This document shows, one piece after another, positions 54,315 to 63,966 of a stretch of DNA of 64,000 nucleotides. Location of the stretch: positions 13,112 to 77,111 of the forward strand of contig CANMDT010000003.1 in NCBI GenBank assembly GCA_947496715.1, given 5' to 3'. The position numbers and the translations under genes are program-made. Position 1 is the stretch's first letter, and the number at the start of each line of letters is the position of its first letter. The DNA comes from Myxococcales bacterium. GTDB lineage: Bacteria > Myxococcota_A > Bradymonadia > REDH01. The notes below the pieces were generated by a model. The model did not search any database. It saw nothing but the letters and a program-made list of their open reading frames with translations, and was not told the origin of the DNA.

Positions 54315-55703
54315 ATGCCCACGCTGCGCAAACTCCTTCTGCTCGCCTTGCTGGTGCCTCTGAGCGCGGCCTGCTCAGGCACGACAAGCAGCGCGGCCGC
54401 CGAGGGCTCCGCCGCGGGCAGCGGCTCCGGTTCGGGAGAGGGCTCCGGCCCAGACGCGGTCGCGGATACAGAGGCCATCGACACAACGCCCGCTGCCGAC
54501 ACCGGCGAGCTGCTCGGCTCGTCAGACACCGACGCCGACCCCGATGCAGAGGGCTCCGCGGAACCCGATACCGCACCCCCGTCCTGCGGGCTCGGCCGAC
54601 GCCCGGTAAGTTTCGGCGCCGACCTCGTCGTCGGCATGATCGATGCTCCGCTGCCACTGCCGCGATGTGCTGCTGCGGCCTTCGCGGCGGTGCTGTCGAG
54701 CGGCACCACCTGGCGAATCGAGGTCGCAGACCTGCCGGCAGATGCACGGCTCTTTGCCTACGGCCCTGCCTTCTTCGCCACGGCTGCGGCGGGCGATGCG
54801 CCGCCCCCACTCGCCTCCACCGACTTCGCCGGCTCCGCTTCGGCGCTCGCGTTCCTCGTACGACCCGCCTTCTCCGGCGAGGTGGTCGTGGTGGTGGAGC
54901 GCGACGACCTCGACGCATCTCAGACGGCAAAGGTCACGGTAACCTGTGTGGAGGGCTGCGACCTCGCCGCGACACGGTTCCCCGTGATGCTCGTGCACGG
55001 CTACTTCGGCACCGACACCTACTTCAGCCTGCTCGACTACTTCCACGATGTGCCCGACCGGCTCCGTGCGGCAGGGTTCGAGGTCCGCACGCCGACGACC
55101 GACGCATTTAACTGGTCGGAGATTCGCGGCGAGCAGCTGGCAGAACAGCTCGACGCACTCTTGGTCGAGACAGGCGCGCGCAAGGTCAACATGATCGCAC
55201 ATAGCCAGGGCGGCATGGATGCGCGGGTTGTTATCTCCGGTCTGGGATACGCCGAGCGGGTCGCCACGCTGACGACAGTCGCGACGCCTCACCACGGCAC
55301 GCCACTCCCGGTCGCCGACATTGCCTCCGTACAGGACTTCGGCCCCGACTACCTCGATGGCACCTTCAATCCCGCCTACCCTGATCGCGCGGAGGTGAAG
55401 TACTTCTCCTGGTCGGCGCGCACCTGCGGGCTCCTCCAGTTGGCCTGCCAGCGGGAGATGAACGGAGAGATCGCTGACGCGATTCTCGGGCTCTTCCAGA
55501 CCTCTCTCACGGTCCGCGTCGGCGACAACGACGGCTTCGTGCCCACCGACTCGATGGTCTGGGGCGAACTGCTCGGCAGGCTCTCCGCCGACCACATGGA
55601 TGAGGTCGGACAGATTGCCGATGGCTCGCCTAGAAACGACCCCTTCGACCACCGGGCCTTCTACCTGAGCGAGCTGCGCCGGCTCGCCGACGCCGGCTTC
55701 TGA
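54315..55703 (+). CDS. Lipoprotein alpha/beta-hydrolase lipase (family I-like)
   Basis: Lipobox SAAC, PVMLVHG, AHSQGG nucleophile elbow, NDGFV (Asp), DHMDEV (His). Start ATG 54315. Confidence 0.82.
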   Translation: MPTLRKLLLLALLVPLSAACSGTTSSAAAEGSAAGSGSGSGEGSGPDAVADTEAIDTTPAADTGELLGSSDTDADPDAEGSAEPDTAPPSCGLGRRPVSFGADLVVGMIDAPLPLPRCAAAAFAAVLSSGTTWRIEVADLPADARLFAYGPAFFATAAAGDAPPPLASTDFAGSASALAFLVRPAFSGEVVVVVERDDLDASQTAKVTVTCVEGCDLAATRFPVMLVHGYFGTDTYFSLLDYFHDVPDRLRAAGFEVRTPTTDAFNWSEIRGEQLAEQLDALLVETGARKVNMIAHSQGGMDARVVISGLGYAERVATLTTVATPHHGTPLPVADIASVQDFGPDYLDGTFNPAYPDRAEVKYFSWSARTCGLLQLACQREMNGEIADAILGLFQTSLTVRVGDNDGFVPTDSMVWGELLGRLSADHMDEVGQIADGSPRNDPFDHRAFYLSELRRLADAGF

Positions 55704-55892
55704 AGCGCCTCGCACGCGTGAGGCGCGGGGGTGCGCAGAGGTGTCTGCCCGCGTGCGCGGATGCTCGTGCGAGCGTGCATTATGCAGGCTCGCGTGCCCC
55801 CGCGTGAGGCCTCAACTCCGCTTGCAAATGAGGGTTTCTTGACTACCTATCCGCATCCCTAGCACCCTGCCCGCCCTTCTTCGGAGTGTCTG

Positions 55893-58619
55893 ATGTCCGT
55901 AGCCAAGACTGCCCTTGTGATTGTGGAGTCCCCAGCGAAAGCGCGCATCATCGGAGCAATCCTTGGCAGCGGCTATCGCGTTGAGGCTTCCCAGGGGCAC
56001 ATCCGCGACATCCCCGAACCGAAGGAGATGCCGGAGAAGTACAAGAAGACGGGATATGCGAAGACCGGCGTCGATATCGAGACGATGGACGCGCTCTACC
56101 TCGTGCCGGCCGAAAAGAAGAAGAAGATGGCCGAGCTCAAGGCCGCGCTCAAAGACGCCTCGGAACTCTACATCGCGACAGACGAAGACCGCGAGGGAGA
56201 GGCCATCGGGTGGCACCTGTTCGACGAGCTTGAGCCCAAGGTTCCGGTCAAGCGAATGGTCTTCCACGAGATCACGAAGGAGGCCATCCGGAGCGCCCTC
56301 ACCAACACGCGTCAGCTCGACATGAAGCGGGTCAACGCACAGGAGACGCGGCGCATCCTCGATCGGCTCGCCGGCTTCGAGGTGTCGCCGATTCTGTGGC
56401 GCAAGATTGGCAAGACCGCCAAGTCTGCCGGCCGTGTGCAGAGCGTTGCCGTTCGCCTCCTCGTCATGCGAGAGCGTGAGCGGCTCGACTTCAAGATGGC
56501 CTCCTACTGGGACCTCAAGGCGAAGCTTGAGCACGGTAAGATTGGCTTCGATGCCGACATTCACTCCGTCGATGGCAAGCGGGTCGCGTCGGGCAAGGAC
56601 TTCGACGAGAAGACGGGCCTGCTCTCTGCGAAGACCGCCCTGCTCCTCGATGGTACAGCAGCAAAGGCGCTCGCTGCGGCACTCAAGGGGGCACCTGTCG
56701 CCGTGAAGAGTGTGGAGCGGCGCGAGGCGAAGAACTCGCCCTACGCCCCCTTCACCACCAGCACGATGCAGCAGGAGGCCAACCGCAAGCTTGGCATGTC
56801 TGCGGCGAGCTCGATGTCGACCGCGCAGAAGCTCTACGAGAACGGTCACATCACCTACATGCGTACCGACTCGACCAACCTCTCCGAGCAGGCGGTCGGC
56901 GCGATCCGGGCCACCATCGTGGACCGGTACGGCGACAAGTATCTCTCACCCAAGCCCAAGCAGTTCGACACCAAGGCCAAGGGAGCCCAGGAGGCGCATG
57001 AGGCCATCAGGCCCGCTGGCACCCGCATGGCGACGGCAGAAGAGCTCCGGCTCTCGGGCGACGAGGCACGCCTCTACGACCTTATCTGGAAGCGTGCAGT
57101 CGCGACGCAGATGGCCGACGCGATCATCGCCTTCACCAACGTGGAGCTCGCCATCCGGGCCTCCGACGGCCGCGAGGCCATCTTCAAGACCTCCGGCCGC
57201 GTCGTCCTCTTCCCTGGCTTCCTCCGCGCCTACGTGGAGGGCACCGACGACCCGGATGCAGCGCTCGACGACCAGGACAAACTCCTGCCTGAGATGACGG
57301 TGGGCGACGCCCCGATCAACCGCGAGATTCTGCCGCTCGGCCATGAGACGCGGCCGCCTGCTCGCTTCACCGAGGCCACGCTGGTCAAGGCGCTCGAGAA
57401 GGATGGCATCGGCCGTCCCTCGACCTACGCCTCGATCATCAAGACCATCCTCGACCGCGGCTACAGCTTCATCAAGGCCAAGCAGCTTGTCCCCACCTTC
57501 ACCGCCTTTGCGGTCACAGCCCTGCTCGAGCGGACGATGAGCAAGATGGTCGACCTCGATTTCACGGCCAAGATGGAGGCCGAGCTCGACGAGATCAGCG
57601 ACCGCGACGAGAAGACCGCCTATCTCAAGCGCTTCTACAACGAGCAGATCCTGGTCGGCATCGGCGAGGCAACCAGCGTCGACCCCAAGGCCATCTGCAC
57701 CATCGAGCACGCCAAGTTCGGCCACTTCGCCATCCGCGTGGGCAAGTTCGGCCTCTACACCGAGGCGCCTGCAATCAACGACGAGACGCCCCTGCGGGCA
57801 AGCCTGCCGCCCGACACCGCGCCGAGCGAGGTGACGGAGGAGTGGCTCAAGCAGCTCATCGACCGCAGCGCCGCCAGCACCTCCGCAATGGGCATGCACC
57901 CCGACAGCGGGCTCCCGATCTACCTGCTTAACGGCCGATTCGGCGCCTACGTGCAGCTCGGCGAAACGAGCGACGAGAAGGACGCCGATAAGCCCAAGCG
58001 GGCAAGCCTGCCCAAGGGCAAGGTGCCCGAGAGCCTCACCTTCGAGGAGGCCGTCGAGCTGCTCCGGCTGCCGCGCGAGGTGGGAACCCACCCCGACACC
58101 GGCAAGCCGATCACCGCAGCCATTGGCCGGTTCGGCCCCTATGTGGAGCACGAGCGGGTCTTCGCATCGCTTACCGACTCCGACGATGTGTTCACGGTGG
58201 GCCTCACACGGGCACTCGAGCTCTTCGTTGCCAAGAGCGCCAAGGGTGGCCGCGCATCTGCCGCTGCCATCCGTGTTGTGGGCCAACACCCCACCGACAA
58301 CACAGAGATCGGCATCTTCGAGGGCAAGTATGGCCGCTACGTGAAGCATGGCGACATCAACGCCACGCTCCCCAAGGGCAGCAACTCCGACGACCTCACG
58401 CTGGATGAGGCGCTGGCGCTGCTCGCAGACAAGGCGTCACGCCCGCCCTCCGCAAAGGCAGGTCGCCGCGGTGCGCCCAAGGCAAGGGCCGTAGCCAAGC
58501 CAGCCGCAAAGGTTTCTGCCGCCAAGCCAGCCGCCAAGAAGGTGCCCGCCAAGAAGACCATCGCTGCAAAGGCGCCGTCCAAGACCGCCGCAGCCAAGGC
58601 TCCCAAGGGCAAGGGCTGA
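55893..58619 (+). CDS. topA: DNA topoisomerase I
   Basis: IVESPAKA, ATDEDREGE, SAGRVQS, ITYMRTDS, AHEAIRP, GIGRPSTY, C-terminal GRFGPY repeats and Lys/Ala tail. Confidence 0.97.
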   Translation: MSVAKTALVIVESPAKARIIGAILGSGYRVEASQGHIRDIPEPKEMPEKYKKTGYAKTGVDIETMDALYLVPAEKKKKMAELKAALKDASELYIATDEDREGEAIGWHLFDELEPKVPVKRMVFHEITKEAIRSALTNTRQLDMKRVNAQETRRILDRLAGFEVSPILWRKIGKTAKSAGRVQSVAVRLLVMRERERLDFKMASYWDLKAKLEHGKIGFDADIHSVDGKRVASGKDFDEKTGLLSAKTALLLDGTAAKALAAALKGAPVAVKSVERREAKNSPYAPFTTSTMQQEANRKLGMSAASSMSTAQKLYENGHITYMRTDSTNLSEQAVGAIRATIVDRYGDKYLSPKPKQFDTKAKGAQEAHEAIRPAGTRMATAEELRLSGDEARLYDLIWKRAVATQMADAIIAFTNVELAIRASDGREAIFKTSGRVVLFPGFLRAYVEGTDDPDAALDDQDKLLPEMTVGDAPINREILPLGHETRPPARFTEATLVKALEKDGIGRPSTYASIIKTILDRGYSFIKAKQLVPTFTAFAVTALLERTMSKMVDLDFTAKMEAELDEISDRDEKTAYLKRFYNEQILVGIGEATSVDPKAICTIEHAKFGHFAIRVGKFGLYTEAPAINDETPLRASLPPDTAPSEVTEEWLKQLIDRSAASTSAMGMHPDSGLPIYLLNGRFGAYVQLGETSDEKDADKPKRASLPKGKVPESLTFEEAVELLRLPREVGTHPDTGKPITAAIGRFGPYVEHERVFASLTDSDDVFTVGLTRALELFVAKSAKGGRASAAAIRVVGQHPTDNTEIGIFEGKYGRYVKHGDINATLPKGSNSDDLTLDEALALLADKASRPPSAKAGRRGAPKARAVAKPAAKVSAAKPAAKKVPAKKTIAAKAPSKTAAAKAPKGKG

Positions 58620-58663
58620 GTCGCACGCGCACCCCGCGGAGCGAGCGCTCAGGCGCCGCTGCG

Positions 58664-58692
58664 TTGACTTCCGCCAGTGCATCAAGCATAAG
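58664..58692 (+). promoter_or_regulatory. Possible sigma70-type promoter of infA
   Basis: TTGACT-N17-CATAAG upstream of infA; -10 is imperfect. Confidence 0.3.
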
Positions 58693-58737
58693 CGGCCACC
58701 GCTCGGGCAGTGAGCCCTCGCAAACACAAGAGTGAAA

Positions 58738-58956
58738 ATGCCGAAAGAAGAGTCCATTGAGGTTAGCGGAATCGTCAAAGAGCCGCTCAAGAACGCCATG
58801 TTCCTCGTCGAGCTCGAAAACGGTCACGAGGTGCTCGCCCATGTGTCCGGCAAGATGCGGCGCCACTTCATCCGCATTCTCCCTGGCGATACCGTGAAGA
58901 TGGAGCTCAGCCCCTACGACCTCACCCGCGGTCGTATCGTCTTCCGCGAAGCCTGA
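58738..58956 (+). CDS. infA: Translation initiation factor IF-1
   Basis: 72 aa, [11 protein letters not shown]...[35 protein letters not shown]. Confidence 0.97.
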   Translation: MPKEESIEVSGIVKEPLKNAMFLVELENGHEVLAHVSGKMRRHFIRILPGDTVKMELSPYDLTRGRIVFREA

Positions 58957-59004
58957 GCGAACCTGCACGGCGGTCGCCGGCCTCTGCAGCCTGCTCTCCG
59001 CCGT

Positions 59005-59023
59005 CTTGAAATTGATTTTCAAT
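59005..59023. promoter_or_regulatory. Fur-box-like palindrome upstream of feoA
   Basis: TTGAAATT-G-ATTTTCAA (arms match 7/8), AT-rich island in GC-rich DNA, about 47 bp before feoA. Confidence 0.75.
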
Positions 59024-59069
59024 ATTGCTACCAACCTCCTCGTAACCGAAACTCGGTTCGGAGGTCATC

Positions 59070-59285
59070 ATGCATCCCACGCTCGCTCAGCTCCCCGCAG
59101 GCCGCATCGCACGCGTCACCGACCTCCGTGGCTGCGCTGAATCTTGCCAGCGGCTCATGGAGATGGGCTTCACGCGAGGCACCCTCGTCGAGGTCCTCCT
59201 CCGCGGCACGCCCTCGCTCATCCGGCTCCGGCATGGGCGCGTGACCCTCTCGTCCGAACTCGCCCACGCCGTGCTCGTTGGCTGA
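59070..59285 (+). CDS. feoA: Ferrous iron transport protein A
   Basis: 71 aa, RLMEMGFTRGTLVEV...GTP SH3-like pattern; GGAGG RBS. Confidence 0.88.
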   Translation: MHPTLAQLPAGRIARVTDLRGCAESCQRLMEMGFTRGTLVEVLLRGTPSLIRLRHGRVTLSSELAHAVLVG

Positions 59286-59310
59286 GGCCGACGCGCGCCG
59301 AGGAGGGCCG

Positions 59311-61533
59311 ATGCAGGACCAAATGCTGCGCGTAGCGGTCGCCGGCAACCCCAACGCCGGCAAGTCGACCCTCTTCAACACCCTCACCCACGGGCGCGAG
59401 AAGACGGGAAACTACCCGGGCATCACCACCGAGGCCAAACGGGGCGACTGGCACGACCGCTCGCTCTTCCCTGATGGCATGGCCCGCGTTGAATTGCTCG
59501 ACCTACCAGGCGCCTACTCGCTGCATGCGCACTCTCCGGAAGAGGCTGTCAGCTACCGAGTCCTCTCCGACGGCGCGCCTGGGAGCGAAGCACCGCAGGC
59601 GCTCATCGTCGTCGTCGATGTGATGAACCTGGAGCGCAACCTCTTCTACGCGCTCCAGCTCCTCGAACTCGGTCGACCCACCGTTGTGGCTCTGAGCATG
59701 ACCGACCGCCTCGCGGCGCAGGGCGGGACGCTCGAGCTCCAGCGGCTCGCTGAGGTGCTCGGTGTGCCCGTCGTCGATGCACGACGCGACGACCCGGCGA
59801 CGCCCAAGCGGCTCGCCGATGCGTTGGTGCAGGCGCTGGCTGCGCCGGGCGCTGAGCGACGCTGGATCTGGCCCGATGCGCCGCTCGAGGCTAGCTTTCG
59901 CGACCTCGCGGACAGGCTCGCAGCGGCAGCTGGGTCGGAGCGTCGCGGCGCCGATGGGACGCTCGGATGGTGGCTCTCCTCACAGGTCGATGCGGGCGAG
60001 CTGGCGCCGGCCTCTGCAACGCTCCGCTCGGAGCTCGATGCACTCGCTGAGCGCTACTTCGTTGGCGAGCCCGGCGTGCCAGCGCGGGACCAGATGGCAC
60101 GCGCCGCCATCGAGGCGCGCTACGCTTGGATTGACAGCAAGGTGGCGCCGCTGCTCGACCTGCCCGCAACGGCTGAGTCCCGCAGTGATCGCATCGACCG
60201 GTTCGTCACCCACCCGGTTGCAGGGCCGCTCCTCTTCCTTGCGACGATGGGGCTGCTCTTTCAGCTCATGTTCGTTGGCGCAGACCCGCTTATCTCGCGC
60301 ATCGAACAGGCCTTCGGAGCGCTTGGCAGATGGCTCGGCGGAGCGCTGCCGCAGGGGCCGCTGAACGACCTGCTCGTGAATGGCATCGTGGCCGGCGTGG
60401 GTTCGGTGGTGGTCTTCCTGCCCCAGATTGCAATCCTCTTTGCCCTGCTCGCCTTCCTCGACGGCTGCGGGTACCTGGCGCGCGCTGCCTTCCTGATGGA
60501 CCGGGTGATGGCGCGGGTGGGGCTGCACGGGAAGTCGTTTGTGCCGCTGCTCTCGAGCTTCGCCTGCGCCATCCCGGGCATCGCCTCCACGCGAACCATC
60601 GAGCGGGAGAACGACCGCTTCATCACCATCCTTGTCGCGCCGCTCATGACCTGCAGCGCGAGGCTCCCCGTCTACGCGCTGCTGCTTGCGACCTTCTTCT
60701 CCGATCGACCCGCCATCGGCGGCGTGTTCAACCAGGCTGCGCTGGGCCTCTTTCTCCTCTACTTTCTCGGAACAGCCGGCGCGCTCGCGATGGCTTGGCT
60801 GCTGCGGAAGACACTGCTTCCTGGCTCACGGCCGCCCCTGATTCTTGAACTTCCGCCCTACCGGCTGCCGCGCCTGCGGGACGTCTGGTACGAGGTGCGC
60901 GAGCGCTGCATCGGCTTCGCCAAAGATGCAGGCACCGTCATCCTCGCGACCACCATCCTGCTGTGGGCCGCGATGACCTATCCGCGCTCACCGGAGGTCG
61001 AGGCACGCTTTGATGCGCAGCTCTCCGCAATCCACGACAGCGCACCCGCGGCCGATGCGCCGCTTGCAGCCGTGGCGGCCCACCGCGTCGAGGTGCTCCG
61101 CCTGCAGCAGGAGCGGCACCATGCGGTGACCGAACGGACGGTCGCAGGTCGTGTCGGCCACTTCATCCTGCCCGTGCTCCAGCCGCTTGGATTCAACGAG
61201 CAGATCTCCATCGGGCTCATCGCCTCGCTCGCCGCGCGCGAGGTGCTCGTGAGCTCTCTCGGCGTGAGCTATGGCGTAGGCGACGACGAAGAGAGCCAGG
61301 GGCTGCGCATGGCGCTCCGCAACGACCCGCGCATGAACCGGGCCACAGCTATCTCCATTCTGGTCTGGTTCGTCTTCGCCTTTCAATGTTTCGCCACGGC
61401 CAGCGCCGTGCGGCGAGAGACCCGCTCTTGGAAGTGGCCCGCGCTGCTCGTCGGCTACCAGACGGTGCTCGCCTGGGTGGCGGCCTTTGTTGCCTACCGC
61501 GGCGCCCTCTGGCTCGGCCTGGGTGGCCCATGA
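59311..61533 (+). CDS. feoB: Ferrous iron transport protein B
   Basis: GNPNAGKST, TGNYPGIT, DLPGAYSL, NLERN, GLHGKSFVPLL..FACAIP, MTCSARLPVY, AAREV; AGGAGG RBS before ATG 59311. Confidence 0.95.
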   Translation: MQDQMLRVAVAGNPNAGKSTLFNTLTHGREKTGNYPGITTEAKRGDWHDRSLFPDGMARVELLDLPGAYSLHAHSPEEAVSYRVLSDGAPGSEAPQALIVVVDVMNLERNLFYALQLLELGRPTVVALSMTDRLAAQGGTLELQRLAEVLGVPVVDARRDDPATPKRLADALVQALAAPGAERRWIWPDAPLEASFRDLADRLAAAAGSERRGADGTLGWWLSSQVDAGELAPASATLRSELDALAERYFVGEPGVPARDQMARAAIEARYAWIDSKVAPLLDLPATAESRSDRIDRFVTHPVAGPLLFLATMGLLFQLMFVGADPLISRIEQAFGALGRWLGGALPQGPLNDLLVNGIVAGVGSVVVFLPQIAILFALLAFLDGCGYLARAAFLMDRVMARVGLHGKSFVPLLSSFACAIPGIASTRTIERENDRFITILVAPLMTCSARLPVYALLLATFFSDRPAIGGVFNQAALGLFLLYFLGTAGALAMAWLLRKTLLPGSRPPLILELPPYRLPRLRDVWYEVRERCIGFAKDAGTVILATTILLWAAMTYPRSPEVEARFDAQLSAIHDSAPAADAPLAAVAAHRVEVLRLQQERHHAVTERTVAGRVGHFILPVLQPLGFNEQISIGLIASLAAREVLVSSLGVSYGVGDDEESQGLRMALRNDPRMNRATAISILVWFVFAFQCFATASAVRRETRSWKWPALLVGYQTVLAWVAAFVAYRGALWLGLGGP

Positions 61534-61736
61534 CGGAGACCGTACAAAGCGCTCTGGTTGCCCTGCTCGTCGTCGGCGCAGCGGTCGCGAGCCTGCTGCG
61601 GCTGCGACGTCAGGGTGCAGGCAGTTCGAGCTGTTCCAAGTGCGGCGGTTGCGGAAGCGAAGACCCTGCCTGCGTGCGCGAACTCACCGCCAAGCTCCGC
61701 AGCAACGCTCCGCCTGCCGCTGAAAACCAACCCTAG
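61530..61736 (+). CDS. FeoB-associated Cys-rich small membrane protein
   Basis: 68 aa, one TM then CSKCGGC...C; ATGA overlap with feoB. Confidence 0.75.
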   Translation: MTETVQSALVALLVVGAAVASLLRLRRQGAGSSSCSKCGGCGSEDPACVRELTAKLRSNAPPAAENQP

Positions 61737-61744
61737 AGGCCACC

Positions 61745-62176
61745 ATGTTTATGACACTGCTGCTGGTAGCCTTCCTCCTCTCGAGCGCCGTCTCTTGGGG
61801 AATCTCACGGGCCTTCTCGCAGCCGATGGCAAGCATTCTCGCCCGCATCATCGCAGACCCGATTAGCGAAGCCTGGGTCCGCTATCTCAAGTTCGCCATC
61901 CTGGTGGTCGGCATCTCTTCTGGTGTTCGGATCAGCGAGATTGAGCGCTACATTTCGCCGAACAACTGGCAGGAGAAGCCGGAGATTCTGGCGCTGACGG
62001 GTGAGCGATGGGTGCTTGAGGTCTACCGCACCGTCATCGAGACGCTGCAGGGCGTGGCGATGATGCTGCTGGCCTTCTTCGTCATCTCGCTGGTGGCCTT
62101 TGTCGTCTTGCGTATCTCCGAGCTTCGCCAGGCGCGGAGCGCGACGCCTACCGAGAAGCGGCCGCCCGAAGCCTAG
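61745..62176 (+). CDS. Hypothetical membrane protein
   Basis: 143 aa, three hydrophobic segments, plausible codon usage and RBS. Confidence 0.7.
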   Translation: MFMTLLLVAFLLSSAVSWGISRAFSQPMASILARIIADPISEAWVRYLKFAILVVGISSGVRISEIERYISPNNWQEKPEILALTGERWVLEVYRTVIETLQGVAMMLLAFFVISLVAFVVLRISELRQARSATPTEKRPPEA

Positions 62177-63966
62177 CCCAAGAAGCCGAAGAGGCCGGCC
62201 TCGGCGAGCTCCGCCAGCCAGGCTTCGCCGCTTTCCGGCCAGGAGCCGTCATCGTGTGCCTCCAGCCAGCGTTCCAGGCGTGCAGCAGCATCGCCGGCCG
62301 AGACCGAGCCGCTGCGCGCATCGTTCCAGAGCGCGACCACAACGGCAGGCAGCGGTAAAATTGCGACCTGCCCGCGCACGCTCCCGACCATGAGTCCGCC
62401 ATACTCCTCGGCCGGCATGGTGGGCAGCTCGACTTCGGCGCCGTCGTCTTCGGCTCGTGCCAGAAGGAGCGTCCACGGGAGGTCGAGGCAGCGGAAGGCG
62501 GCGGAGCCGAGCAGCCGGCTGTTGTCGTCTGCGGGCGCGGTCTCGCAGAGGTGTTCGACATCGTCGTCGCGCTGGTCGATGGTGGCGATAACCACCTCGA
62601 GCGCGTGCCGCTCGCGAAGTGTCTCCGGCAGATCCTTGTCCTGCTTGAGCCAGGTGCCGAGGCGGGTCTGGAGCGGCTCGCGGGTGAGGAATGCGCCTCG
62701 TCGCCAGGCCTCGGTGAGGACAGCGGCGCCCTCTCCGCGACACCAGACGGAGATAGGTGGCGAGAGGCTCTCGAGCCCCTCCAGAAGTGTCTCAGATGGA
62801 CCGGCCTCAACGTCGCCCGTGGCGAGGAGTCGATGGTCGATCGCGCCGATTGCGGTCTCCAGCGCAGCCATGCCGGCCGCGGGATCGGCGAAGGCTTCGC
62901 GGAACGCGGGCAGGAGGCTACGGAACTGCTTCCAGCCTAGCGATGCGGCTCGGCTCGCGAGGTCCCAAACGCGGCGGCGGTCGCGCGCCGTGCGTGACGC
63001 AGCGGCATCTACGACAAGCTCTTCGCAGAGGAGCCGGTCGCCGACCGTCTCGAGATGGTCGATGTAGGCGGCTGCATCGCTGAAGTAGTCGCGGCCCGCC
63101 TCGAGGAGTTGTCCGAAGAGGATACCGTGCGACCGTTCGGTCAGCCTTGCGTAGTGGCCAACGACATAGGCGCGGGCGTCGCTCGACGGTGCAAGGAAGG
63201 GATGCGTTGTCTCGATGATGCGTCGCTCGTCAAGCTCGCGTCGGACGGTTTTGAACTCGGTCGCGGCGTGGTCAAGACCCCAGCGAAAGTTGGCGAGAGT
63301 CGCACTCACGCGTGCACGGAGGTCTGCCTCCGATTCGGTGAGCCAGATGGCCTCGGTGAGCTGCGCCTGCCGGCTGGCAGCGGTATTGGCACGGTCGAAG
63401 CCGGGGCTCTTCAATCGGCAACACTCGTCCCAGCCGTACCAGAGCGCGACGGGCAGCGTCTCGTTGATGCGGCTGGTTATGTAGAGCTCAAACCGGCTCA
63501 TGCCGTCGGCCCAGAAGAAGCCGCAGGCGCGATGGAGGAGCTCATGCGGCGCCCACTTCGCAACGTGGTTGGGGTTGTAGGTGGCGAAGGGTTCGTCCTG
63601 CTTGAAGGACTGGTACTTCCCGATGTGGAGCACGCCCGCATCCCAGACACCGTTGAGCAGGTTCTCGACCTCGTCTCCGCCACGCTGCGCCTCTTCCCAG
63701 GCGATGGGGGCACGCGCCTCATGATGGACGGTGGTCGCCCCCGATTGAAGCGCGAGGCAGACGGCGCGAAAGGCGGCCGGAGAGGCGACCACTTCGCCGA
63801 TGGGCAGGCCGGCCATGGCTGCAACGGAAGCGCCCTGCTCCAGCGCCACAGGGCGGAGCGCGAGCATCCACGACACCAGCGCATCGGAGAGCGACACATC
63901 GTCGAGCGCGCGCAGCGCCGCGAGCGAAGCGGGTAAGAGGCCGGGGACCGTGAATTGGAGGGTCAT
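62173..63966 (-). CDS. Hypothetical protein with HExxH motif
   Basis: About 597-aa ORF, WAPHELLHRACGFFW; start ATG 63966 (or 63981). Confidence 0.65.
   Translation of the reverse strand: MTLQFTVPGLLPASLAALRALDDVSLSDALVSWMLALRPVALEQGASVAAMAGLPIGEVVASPAAFRAVCLALQSGATTVHHEARAPIAWEEAQRGGDEVENLLNGVWDAGVLHIGKYQSFKQDEPFATYNPNHVAKWAPHELLHRACGFFWADGMSRFELYITSRINETLPVALWYGWDECCRLKSPGFDRANTAASRQAQLTEAIWLTESEADLRARVSATLANFRWGLDHAATEFKTVRRELDERRIIETTHPFLAPSSDARAYVVGHYARLTERSHGILFGQLLEAGRDYFSDAAAYIDHLETVGDRLLCEELVVDAAASRTARDRRRVWDLASRAASLGWKQFRSLLPAFREAFADPAAGMAALETAIGAIDHRLLATGDVEAGPSETLLEGLESLSPPISVWCRGEGAAVLTEAWRRGAFLTREPLQTRLGTWLKQDKDLPETLRERHALEVVIATIDQRDDDVEHLCETAPADDNSRLLGSAAFRCLDLPWTLLLARAEDDGAEVELPTMPAEEYGGLMVGSVRGQVAILPLPAVVVALWNDARSGSVSAGDAAARLERWLEAHDDGSWPESGEAWLAELAEAGLFGFLG

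Noticed and set aside
55705-55812. GC-rich hairpins between lipase and topA as a REP/MITE element
   Set aside because: No second copy in the window and no T-tract; cannot be distinguished from chance GC-rich pairing.
58440-58619. Lys/Ala-rich TopA tail as a novelty
   Set aside because: Such basic tails are common on TopA from high-GC bacteria.
59689-59706. FeoB G4 motif reads SMTD rather than NxxD
   Set aside because: G4 Asn substitutions are seen in other FeoB proteins and all other GTPase motifs are intact.
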